Below, in pieces: positions 15,473 to 24,034 of a DNA stretch of 34,859 nucleotides. This stretch comes from a virus (lineage: Duplodnaviria; Caudoviricetes): the IMG/VR virus record IMGVR_UViG_3300042342_000059, positions 1-34,859 of that record; one strand, written 5' to 3'. The translations under genes were made by a program, and so were the position numbers. Under the pieces are notes generated by a model. The model saw only the letters and a program-made list of their open reading frames with translations, was not told the DNA's origin and did no database searches. How positions within the stretch are numbered: position 1 is the stretch's first letter; each line of letters opens with the position of its first letter.

Positions 15473-17683
15473 ATGGCAGAAAGTAATCAACTCTCGTTTG
15501 ATATAAAGGTAGGCGGCAACGCAGAGCAATCAATAGGTAATGTTAAAAAAGCATTAAAGGAAGCAAATGCTGAATTAATAAACGCACAATCTAACTTTGG
15601 CGATTACTCAAAAGAAGCTATTGAAGCTGCTAAAAGAGTTGCAGAACTAAAGGACAAGATTAGTGAAGCAAGGGAAACGGCTGATTTGTTTGACCCTGGA
15701 AAAAAGTTTCAGGCTCTTGCTGGTGCTGCTACTGCGGTTGCTGGTGGCTTTACTGCGGTACAAGGTGCGCTTGGTTTAATAGGAGTTGAAAGCGAGGAAG
15801 TAGAAAAATCTTTATTAAAGGTACAATCTGCTTTAGCATTATCTCAAGGCTTATCTACTATTACTGACTCAGTAAAAGATTTTGAAAGGTTAGGCAAGGT
15901 TATTCAAAATACAACTGCGTTTCAAACTGCCTACAATTTTGTAATGGGCAAAAAGGTTGCAATACAAGCGCAAGACACGGCAACAACTGTAGCATCAACT
16001 GTAGCAACTAAGGCACAGGCTGCTGCAACTAATACGGCAACTGTAGCAACAACCGCTTCAAGTGTAGCTATGAAGGTATTGCGTGGAGCGATACTTGCAA
16101 CGGGAATAGGGGCTTTAGTAATTGGACTTATAGCCGTAGTTCAAAACTTTGGCAAAATAAAAACTGCGATACTTAATGCTATCCCAGGACTTGGCAAATT
16201 TGCATCTACTGTTGGTAATGTTATTAATGCCTTTACTGACTTGATAGGCGTAACAAATGCAGCATCAAGGGCAGAGCAACAAAGACAAGCAATCTTTACA
16301 AAAGCTGCTGCAGGTACTAAGATAATTAATGAAGGGATTGACAGACAAATTAAACTACTTCAAGCGCAGGGTGCGGAGCAGGGAAAATTAGATGCACTTA
16401 GAAAGCAACAAATCAATAATGAATTAAACGATTTAAAAAAATTAGCAGATCAAAAAGGTATTTTAAGAGGCGAAGATGCTAAAAAATTCAAAGACCTTCA
16501 AAATGACTTGCAGGTAATTGATGCGACGGCACAAAAAACAAGAGAAGATGCAGCTAAACAAGCAGCACAAAGAGGTACAGCCAATGCAAATAAATACGGG
16601 GAAAGCCAAAAGAAACAAGACGAGCAACTTGCAAAGGAAAGGTTAGAAGCACAAAAAGAAGCTTTATTAAAACTAAGCGAATTAAATAATGAAATATTCT
16701 TATCTACTTTTAAAGACGAAAATGATAGAAAAAGAGCAGAATTAAATATTGCATTTGATAAAGAAAAAGCAGAGATTTTAGCTAATACTAAAATAACAGA
16801 AGAGACAAAAAATCAATTAATAGTTGCTTTAAGAACTAAACTTAATTCAGATTTAGATGCTATAGCAGCAGCAGAAAAAGAAAAGAAAGCGGTCGCAGAT
16901 GCAAAGATGCTTGAAGATGCAGCAGCACAAATGGCTAAAGAAGATGATTTAGAGTTTGCTAATTTACAAAAAAAGTTTTCTAAAACACAAGAGGACGAAA
17001 AGAAACAAGCAGCTAAAGACCTTGCTGACTTAGATAAAAAGATTGCAAAAAATACTACTGATTTAGAATTAGAAAGGAGTTTATTAGACGAAAAGCAAAT
17101 AGCAGTTGAAGAGGCTTTTGCTAATAGTTTAATAACAGAAGAACAATACAATGCAGCTTTAGAGGCAAATGCAAAAGCAAGGGCTGACATAGATAAGTTA
17201 GAAGCCGAGGCAAAAGTTAAAAACGCTGAAGTTGCTTCTCAGTTATTAGGAACTATCTCAGATATAGTTGGTAAAAATACGGCAGCAGGTAAAGCGGCTG
17301 CTATTGCTTCAGCTACAATAGATACTTATTTAAGTGCGCAAAAAGCCTATGCTTCGCAGTTATTACCAGGAGACCCAACCTCTCCTATTAGAGCGGCTAT
17401 CGCTGCTGGTATTGCAGTTGTAGGTGGTATTAAAAATGTTAAATCTATTTTAGCAGTTAAAACACCGAATGGTGGTGGTGGTGGCGCAGCTAACATTTCG
17501 GCTCCAAGTTTATCTGGCGCACCAATAGCCCCACCTCAACCACAAGCAGCTACTACCAATATTAGCGCACAATCAATAAACGCTTTAGGCAATCAAGCAA
17601 CGAGAGCCTATGTTGTAGAAAGCGATGTAACAAGCAGCCAAGAACGTATCGCAGCTATTCAGCAACGAGCAAGGTTTGGTTAA
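15473..17683 (+). CDS. Tail tape measure protein
   Basis: 736 aa, Ala/Lys/Glu-rich helical with hydrophobic stretches (ATGIGALVIGL); C-terminal RAYVVESDVTSSQ. Confidence 0.85.
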   Translation: MAESNQLSFDIKVGGNAEQSIGNVKKALKEANAELINAQSNFGDYSKEAIEAAKRVAELKDKISEARETADLFDPGKKFQALAGAATAVAGGFTAVQGALGLIGVESEEVEKSLLKVQSALALSQGLSTITDSVKDFERLGKVIQNTTAFQTAYNFVMGKKVAIQAQDTATTVASTVATKAQAAATNTATVATTASSVAMKVLRGAILATGIGALVIGLIAVVQNFGKIKTAILNAIPGLGKFASTVGNVINAFTDLIGVTNAASRAEQQRQAIFTKAAAGTKIINEGIDRQIKLLQAQGAEQGKLDALRKQQINNELNDLKKLADQKGILRGEDAKKFKDLQNDLQVIDATAQKTREDAAKQAAQRGTANANKYGESQKKQDEQLAKERLEAQKEALLKLSELNNEIFLSTFKDENDRKRAELNIAFDKEKAEILANTKITEETKNQLIVALRTKLNSDLDAIAAAEKEKKAVADAKMLEDAAAQMAKEDDLEFANLQKKFSKTQEDEKKQAAKDLADLDKKIAKNTTDLELERSLLDEKQIAVEEAFANSLITEEQYNAALEANAKARADIDKLEAEAKVKNAEVASQLLGTISDIVGKNTAAGKAAAIASATIDTYLSAQKAYASQLLPGDPTSPIRAAIAAGIAVVGGIKNVKSILAVKTPNGGGGGAANISAPSLSGAPIAPPQPQAATTNISAQSINALGNQATRAYVVESDVTSSQERIAAIQQRARFG

Positions 17684-17718
17684 ATGATAACAATTTAAAA
17701 CACTTAATATTTAAAGAT

Positions 17719-18303
17719 ATGGACTTACCTGTTTATTTATTAGACATTAGCGAGGATATGAATGACGATGCCGAGGTCGATTATGTGGCACTCGTAGACA
17801 AACCTGCTATTCAAAAGAATTGGAATGCCTTTAAAAATCAACAACGCTTTGAAGTGGTTAGCGAAGATAAGCGTATTATCTCTGGTCCTCTTATGTTGGC
17901 TGATATGCCTATTTTTAGGAGTGATGCTACTTATGGCGATTACTATGTGGTCTTTTCTAAAGACACTATATTCAAGATTGCGCAAAAGTTTTTTAAAAGA
18001 GGCTACCAATCAAACGTAAACTTAATGCACTCTCCTGACCAACAAGTAGAAGGTGTAACAATGTTTGAGAGTTTTATTACAGATCAAAGCAGAGGTATAC
18101 AACCAATGAAAGGGTTTGAAGATGCACCGGACGGCTCGTGGTTTGGCTCGTTTAAAGTAGATAACGAAGGCGTTTGGAATGATGTAAAGGAAGGCAAATT
18201 TAAAGGCTTTAGCGTAGAAGGGTTGTTTACTTACAAGACAAAGCCAACTAAAGAACAAGAACTTATGAATGCAATAAAGGAAATATTGCAACGGGTTAAA
18301 TGA
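17719..18303 (+). CDS. Prohead serine protease (XkdF-like)
   Basis: VALVDKPAI, KRIISGPLM, NLMH, GSWF..KV, VKEGKFKGFSVEG. Confidence 0.85.
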   Translation: MDLPVYLLDISEDMNDDAEVDYVALVDKPAIQKNWNAFKNQQRFEVVSEDKRIISGPLMLADMPIFRSDATYGDYYVVFSKDTIFKIAQKFFKRGYQSNVNLMHSPDQQVEGVTMFESFITDQSRGIQPMKGFEDAPDGSWFGSFKVDNEGVWNDVKEGKFKGFSVEGLFTYKTKPTKEQELMNAIKEILQRVK

Positions 18304-18339
18304 TAAACAAAATCTTTTATTAATATTTAAACAAAAAGA

Positions 18340-18930
18340 ATGATGAACGCAAAAGATGCAATTATGCAAATTAGGGCTTTATTCGAAGATATGCCACAAG
18401 TAGAGGCTCCGGCTCCTATTGAAGCACCTATCGAAGAGGTACCTGTTACATTCGCGGAATATAGCCTTATGGACGGAACGAAGGTTATGATTAGCGAATT
18501 AGCTATCGGTGGCGAAGTTACTTTAGCAGACGGAAGTCCTGCTCCTGTTGGCGAACACCAATTAGCAGACGGCACTAAAATTGTTTTAGACGAAGCCGCT
18601 AAAATCTTATCTATTGAAACTCCAGAAGCAGAAGCTAAAGAAGCTGACGAAACACCTGCTGAAATGGGTAAAAAGATGGACGAGAAAATGGCAGACGAAA
18701 TCGCTGCTTTAGTTTCTGAAAACGAAAATCTTAAAACACAAGTAGCGCAATTAGAGGCAAAAGTTAAGAATGGCTTTAGTCAAGTAGCTGAATTAATAGA
18801 AGCACTTACAAAGACACCTAACGCTGAACCTATTGCGCAACCAAAAAACAACTTTAGTTCTAATGTTACTACTCATAATATGAAGTTAGAAAAATTAGAA
18901 AAATTTAGAAACGCTTTATTAAACAAATAA
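18340..18930 (+). CDS. Capsid scaffolding protein
   Basis: Acidic, PAPVGEHQLADGT repeat and coiled coil; lies between the protease and MCP. Confidence 0.7.
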   Translation: MMNAKDAIMQIRALFEDMPQVEAPAPIEAPIEEVPVTFAEYSLMDGTKVMISELAIGGEVTLADGSPAPVGEHQLADGTKIVLDEAAKILSIETPEAEAKEADETPAEMGKKMDEKMADEIAALVSENENLKTQVAQLEAKVKNGFSQVAELIEALTKTPNAEPIAQPKNNFSSNVTTHNMKLEKLEKFRNALLNK

Positions 18931-18942
18931 AAATAAAATAAA

Positions 18943-19896
18943 ATGGGATTTGATGTATCTGCATTAGCAAACTATACAAAAGAAAACGAGGCTCTACTTG
19001 TAACTTCATCTGTATTGGGTGCAAAAACTGCTTCTCTTATTAAGAGCGCAGGTAACGTTATGGTTGGCGTAAAGTCAAGCGAAAAGATTAACATTATGGA
19101 AACTGACGCTATCTTCCAAGATGGTGCTTCTTGCGGGTTCAACGCAAGCGGATCGACGACCTTCACTCAGCGCACGGTTAGCCCTGGAAAAATTAAGCTA
19201 AATGAAGCTTTATGCCCGAAGGATTTAGAGTCAAAGTACCTTCAAAAATCTTTGCCAACAGGGTCTTATTATGATTCTATTCCTTTTGAGCAAGAGTATT
19301 CTGAAAAGAAAGCTAAGACAATCGCTGCACAATTAGAAACTGCTTTATGGCAAGGTGACACTACAAGTGTAAACGTAAACTTAAACAAGTTCGATGGTCT
19401 TGTTAAGTTAATCGGTGCTGCTTCAGGTGTTGTAGCTGCAAACGCTTCTACTTTTATTAGTGGTGCGCCTTTAAGCTCTATTACTGCTGCTAACGTAATT
19501 AGCATCTTTGATGGTGTTTACCAAGCAATTCCTGCAAAAGTTGTAGCTGCTGACGATATGACTATCTTCTGCGGTCAAGATTTATTCAGAACTTACACTG
19601 TTGCTCTTAAGAATAGCAATGCTTTCTCTTATGCAGTAGATGTAAAGGCTGATAGCGAATTTGTACTTCCGGGAACTACAATCAAAGTTATTGCAGTTGC
19701 AGGTCTTAACGGAACAAACAAAGTTTACGCTATGCGTTTAAGCAATATGTTCTTAGGAACTGACTTATTGAACGAAGAAGAAAAATTCGAAATCTTCTAC
19801 GCAAAAGAGGCAGACCAGGTTCGCTTTGTATCTGAGTTTAAGATGGGTGTAAACATTGCATTCCCTGACGAAGTAGTGAAGTTTATCCTTGCATAA
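18943..19896 (+). CDS. Major capsid protein
   Basis: 317 aa after the scaffold, LETALWQGD..FDGLVKL, biased codon use, followed by a terminator. Confidence 0.8.
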   Translation: MGFDVSALANYTKENEALLVTSSVLGAKTASLIKSAGNVMVGVKSSEKINIMETDAIFQDGASCGFNASGSTTFTQRTVSPGKIKLNEALCPKDLESKYLQKSLPTGSYYDSIPFEQEYSEKKAKTIAAQLETALWQGDTTSVNVNLNKFDGLVKLIGAASGVVAANASTFISGAPLSSITAANVISIFDGVYQAIPAKVVAADDMTIFCGQDLFRTYTVALKNSNAFSYAVDVKADSEFVLPGTTIKVIAVAGLNGTNKVYAMRLSNMFLGTDLLNEEEKFEIFYAKEADQVRFVSEFKMGVNIAFPDEVVKFILA

Positions 19897-19902
19897 TTTA
19901 TC

Positions 19903-19933
19903 GGGTAGGTTGAAATATACCTACCCATTTTTT
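19903..19933 (+). terminator. Intrinsic terminator after the major capsid gene
   Basis: GGGTAGGT-N8-ACCTACCC then ATTTTTT. Confidence 0.8.
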
Positions 19934-19954
19934 AAACTAATTAATTTCTAAAAT

Positions 19955-20476
19955 ATGCCTTGCGCTTTAACTCAAAATTATACCTTAGATTGTAAAGACA
20001 GTTTAGGTGGTATAACCGAAGTTTATTTTGCAGCAGCAGCAGACGTTACCTCAACTACCGAAGCAAGTGGTGTTATTACCGCACTTGTTAAGGCAGCAGG
20101 TAAAAGGTTCTTTAAGTACGAACTTGTAAAAGGTACTTCTCAAATCGTTGAGAACATCAATGCAAACGTACAGAACGGAACTGTTTTCTATGCTCCAGAA
20201 TTAACAGTAGTATTAAACAAATTACAAGCTAATACAAGAAACGAAATCTTGTTGTTAGCTCAAAACACTTTAGTAGCAGTTGCCAAAGATAACAATGGCA
20301 AATACTGGTACTTAGGTAAAACAAGAGGCTTAGACCTTACCGCAGGTAATGCTGGTACAGGAACGGCTGAAGGCGACAGAAGTGGTTACACTTTAACTTT
20401 CACAGGTGCAGAAGCGGCTATGGCTCCAGAGGTTAACTCTACAGTTGCAGCAGCTTTAACTACTCCTGGTTCTTAG
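19955..20476 (+). CDS. Major tail tube protein
   Basis: MPCALTQ..CKDSLGGI, DNNGKYWYLG, GTGTAEGDRSGYTLTFTGAE; followed by a terminator. Confidence 0.7.
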   Translation: MPCALTQNYTLDCKDSLGGITEVYFAAAADVTSTTEASGVITALVKAAGKRFFKYELVKGTSQIVENINANVQNGTVFYAPELTVVLNKLQANTRNEILLLAQNTLVAVAKDNNGKYWYLGKTRGLDLTAGNAGTGTAEGDRSGYTLTFTGAEAAMAPEVNSTVAAALTTPGS

Positions 20477-20500
20477 GTTGTTTTGGTTTTGTATATAGAT

Positions 20501-20536
20501 GCCCTCGGACTTAATTGTTCGGGGGTTTTTTATTTT
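20501..20536 (+). terminator. Intrinsic terminator
   Basis: GCCCTCGGAC-TTAATT-GTTCGGGGGT then a T-tract. Confidence 0.8.
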
Positions 20537-20568
20537 GCAAACAATCGTGATAGTTTATATTTATAGTT

Positions 20569-20943
20569 GTGATAAGATTAATTAAGGGGCAAACCCAAAA
20601 CATAATACTTACCTTGACTGAGAAGCAGCTTTTAACAAGCCCGAACTATCTATTTATATTTGAGAATAGATCAACAAATACGGACATCAAATTTGTAAGG
20701 CTTAACAATACAGATATAAGCGCATACAAGGAAAGGTACAATGAGTTCACTATTGTAGTTAATAGCTTCTTTAATACGGCTTTAAACGGGCAATACACCT
20801 ACACAATCTACGAACAGACAAGTACTACCAACACAAACCCGACGGGCTTAAACTTGCTTGAAACAGGCATAATGGAACTTGAGGGTACAACTATATCATT
20901 CACAGAATACGAAACAACAAGCACATTCACAATAAGACAATAA
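20569..20943 (+). CDS. Small beta-rich structural protein
   Basis: GTG start after the late motif; GQYTYTIYEQ..LLETG; coupled to the portal gene. Confidence 0.55.
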   Translation: MIRLIKGQTQNIILTLTEKQLLTSPNYLFIFENRSTNTDIKFVRLNNTDISAYKERYNEFTIVVNSFFNTALNGQYTYTIYEQTSTTNTNPTGLNLLETGIMELEGTTISFTEYETTSTFTIRQ

Positions 20944-22934
20944 TGGAAATACAAGTATTGACATTTGCCGAGGCAAAGCAACCGGAATATAAAGAGAAAA
21001 AAGGCGAAGGGTATATGCAGTATGGTCAAAATAATGACTATCCGCAATACCTATTAGACCTTTTTAACAAGTCAGCAAAGCACAATGCTATCGTAAGAGG
21101 CAAAGTGAACTACATTGTTGGTAATGGTTGGGCAGGAGAGCAGCCTATTGTTAAGCAAGTTAATAGAGAGGAAACTTTAAATGATCTAACTAAAAAGGTA
21201 GCTTTAGATATTGAACTATTTGGCGGTGCTTATATCCAAGTTATTTGGTCTGTAATGGGCGAACAAATCGCTGAGTTATGGCATTGTGATTATACAAAGA
21301 TTAGAACTAACAAAGACAACACTCAATTTTGGTATAAAGAAGATTGGAAGGCTACACGCAATCAAGAAAAAGCTGAGATATACAATGCGTTCAATCCTAA
21401 AAACCCTGTAGGTGTTCAAATACTTTATGTAAAAGAATACAGACCGGGTATGAATGTTTATAGCCTTCCGGGTTATTTTGGTGCGCTTAACTACATTGAA
21501 AGTGATGTTGAAGTAAGTAAGCACGTTTTAGGTAATGCTCAAACAGGGTTTTCTGCAAGTAAACTTATTACTTTACCAAACGGAGAGCCAAGCCCTGACG
21601 AGAAACGTGCAGTAAGCAGACAGTTCGACAATATGTACACGGGTGCAGACGGCAAAAAGTATTTACTTGCTTTTGTAAATGATGCAACAAGAAAGCCTAT
21701 TGTAGACGATTTGGGTGCGAGTGATTTAACTAAAGAAGATTTTGGACGTGTAGATGAGTTAATACAGAATAACATTTTTAGCGGCCACCAGATTACAAGC
21801 CCTGACCTTTTTGGTATTGCCGTTCCTGGTCAATTAGGGAATAGACAACAGATGCGTGATAGCTACGAAATCTTTAACAACACTTATATTCGTTATAAGC
21901 AAATGCAATTAGAAGGTGTATTTAATATGCTTGGACAATATGCAGGTGTAACAGAGGAATTAATGCTACAACCTACCGACCCAATCGGTATTGATTTTAG
22001 CGAAAGCATTATAAAAGAAGTAGCACCAAAAGAGTGGATATTAGAAAAGCTTGGTATTGATCCAACTAAATACGGAATGCCTATTGAAAGTGAGCAACCA
22101 ATGGCAGCAAGTCCTTTAAGTGTGAACGAGCATATTAAAGGTTTGAAAGGTCGCGAGTGGCAAAATATGCAGCGCATCATTCGTGATTTTAACAAGGGTA
22201 AGATTACCAGAGAACAAGCAAGTTCAATGTTAAAAGGCGGTTATGCTTTAAGCGACGAAGAGGTTGCTACTTGGTTAGGTGCTGAAGATTTAGAATTTAG
22301 CGAACAAGATTTTCAAGTTTTCTTTGAGTTCGGAGAAGACAGAAACAACTACGAGGTTCTTAAAAGCAAAACAAGATTTAGCGACGATGCTGACTTTGAA
22401 ATGTTTGCAGATGTAACACAATTACAAAGCAATATCTTGGACTTAATTGTTAAGGATAAAAGAATTACCCCTGAAGTAATAGCTGACACTTTAAAAGAAG
22501 ATGTGGGTGCGGTTAAGCGTGTAATTGATTTATTAATTGAGAAGGGCTTTATTAAGACAAGCGAAGTAAAGCAAGGCAAAGGGATTGATAGTAACGTTAT
22601 TATCGAAAGGGAATTAACTGCGCCTATTGGTAAAATTGTTGAAGCTATTAAGCCACAAACAACGCAGATTTTAATTCGTTACACATACGAGTGGATACCT
22701 AAATTGAATAGAGGTGGAGAGCCTGAAAACAATCCTTTGATTGCAACAAGCAGACCATTTTGTAAATATTTATTAGAAGCTAATAAGTTTTATACTCGTA
22801 GCGATATAGAGCAAATGAGTGCAAGGCTTGGTTATTCTGTATGGGATAGGCGAGGCGGTTGGTGGAATGACAATGGTAAAATTTCAGAAAGTTGCCGTCA
22901 CAGATGGGTATCAAACATAGTTAAAAGAAAATAA
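20943..22934 (+). CDS. Portal protein with long C-terminal extension (wHTH and MuF-like Cys/His domain)
   Basis: YGQNNDYPQYLLDLFNKSAKHNAIV, DIELFGGAY, YSLPGY, IFSGHQITSPDLFGI; extension with SRPFC and CRHRW. Confidence 0.8.
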   Translation: MEIQVLTFAEAKQPEYKEKKGEGYMQYGQNNDYPQYLLDLFNKSAKHNAIVRGKVNYIVGNGWAGEQPIVKQVNREETLNDLTKKVALDIELFGGAYIQVIWSVMGEQIAELWHCDYTKIRTNKDNTQFWYKEDWKATRNQEKAEIYNAFNPKNPVGVQILYVKEYRPGMNVYSLPGYFGALNYIESDVEVSKHVLGNAQTGFSASKLITLPNGEPSPDEKRAVSRQFDNMYTGADGKKYLLAFVNDATRKPIVDDLGASDLTKEDFGRVDELIQNNIFSGHQITSPDLFGIAVPGQLGNRQQMRDSYEIFNNTYIRYKQMQLEGVFNMLGQYAGVTEELMLQPTDPIGIDFSESIIKEVAPKEWILEKLGIDPTKYGMPIESEQPMAASPLSVNEHIKGLKGREWQNMQRIIRDFNKGKITREQASSMLKGGYALSDEEVATWLGAEDLEFSEQDFQVFFEFGEDRNNYEVLKSKTRFSDDADFEMFADVTQLQSNILDLIVKDKRITPEVIADTLKEDVGAVKRVIDLLIEKGFIKTSEVKQGKGIDSNVIIERELTAPIGKIVEAIKPQTTQILIRYTYEWIPKLNRGGEPENNPLIATSRPFCKYLLEANKFYTRSDIEQMSARLGYSVWDRRGGWWNDNGKISESCRHRWVSNIVKRK

Positions 22935-22936
22935 AG

Positions 22937-23518
22937 ATGAGTTTAAACACATTATTCATAAGCGTACAGAATATTAAAGACCGCTCTGGCTTACACGCAA
23001 ACGTAGACGAGAAACTTGTATTACCTGAGATTAAAACGGCTCAAGATATGTATATCTTACCTGCGCTTGGTAGTGCTTTATACAACAGGCTTCAAGCAGG
23101 TATTACGGCAAACAACTTAAATGCTAACGAGGTAATTTTATTAGACCAATACATAGCAGATACTTTGGTACACTATGTACTTAGTGAATTACCAATGGGC
23201 TTATCTTATCAATTCTATAACAAAGGCTTGTTAAGGAAAGGTGGGGAAAATACCGAGAACCCTTCGATGCAGGATATGATTGATGTGGCGAATAGATATA
23301 AGACCCGTGCTGAGTTCTACAAGCAGAGAATGATTAAATACCTAAAAGAATATTCTACACTTTATCCTGAGTACTTGAACCCTGGAAGTGGCATTGATGC
23401 AATACACCCTGAGAATGATGCTTACACAACGAGCGTTTGGTTAGGCGATTTTGATTGCTGCGCAGGTAAAAGCTTCGAGGAACTGTATCAAGGGAATAGA
23501 GGTTGTAGTGATTGCTAA
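22937..23518 (+). CDS. Putative head-tail adaptor
   Basis: IKTAQDMYILPALGSALYNRL helical protein directly after the portal. Confidence 0.55.
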   Translation: MSLNTLFISVQNIKDRSGLHANVDEKLVLPEIKTAQDMYILPALGSALYNRLQAGITANNLNANEVILLDQYIADTLVHYVLSELPMGLSYQFYNKGLLRKGGENTENPSMQDMIDVANRYKTRAEFYKQRMIKYLKEYSTLYPEYLNPGSGIDAIHPENDAYTTSVWLGDFDCCAGKSFEELYQGNRGCSDC

Positions 23519-23520
23519 TT

Positions 23521-23652
23521 ATGAGTAAAGTAACAACAATAAAAAACCAAAATAAACTGCGTGTTTATTTAGAAAAAATTAAGAATGAGCCTGAGCCTAA
23601 ACCAAATCACAAAGCAGATAACAACACTCGGAAGCGACCACGAACAAATTAA
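23521..23652 (+). CDS. 43-aa basic microprotein (absent from the ORF track)
   Basis: MSKVTTIKNQNKLRVYLEKIKNEPEPKPNHKADNNTRKRPRTN; starts 2 nt after the adaptor stop. Confidence 0.45.
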   Translation: MSKVTTIKNQNKLRVYLEKIKNEPEPKPNHKADNNTRKRPRTN

Positions 23653-24034
23653 CTTTGTTTATTTCGGTGATGTGTGGGAACGTTTGTCTAATGGCGAGGT
23701 TACTTACCCTGCTATGTTCTACACTTTAACAGGTGCAACTATAAACGCTAAAAATATTACTTATAATTTTAGCCTTTATTTTATGGATCGTATGTTAATG
23801 GAAGAAACAAACGAAACCGAGGTTTTATCGGATATGACTTTAGTAGGTCAAGACATAGTTGCGCAATTACGTTATCCTAAAGCGATTTGGGATATTGGTG
23901 ATACTGCTCCTTTGACTTATTTTACCGAGAGCGACCCCGACTATCTTGCCGGAGTTAAGATTGATATTACAATGGAATTACCTTACTTAAATGACAGATG
24001 CCAGGTTCCGAGCATCTATAACTATACAGAATGA
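23585..24034 (+). CDS. Putative tail terminator protein
   Basis: HEQINFVYFGD..TYPAMF..YNFSLYFMD..EVLSD; acidic, 149 aa. Confidence 0.55.
   Translation: MSLSLNQITKQITTLGSDHEQINFVYFGDVWERLSNGEVTYPAMFYTLTGATINAKNITYNFSLYFMDRMLMEETNETEVLSDMTLVGQDIVAQLRYPKAIWDIGDTAPLTYFTESDPDYLAGVKIDITMELPYLNDRCQVPSIYNYTE

Noticed and set aside
17825-18019. Alternative-frame 64-aa ORF within the protease gene
   Set aside because: It is short, has no motif or start context, and is within chance expectation, unlike the 358-codon MTase overlap.
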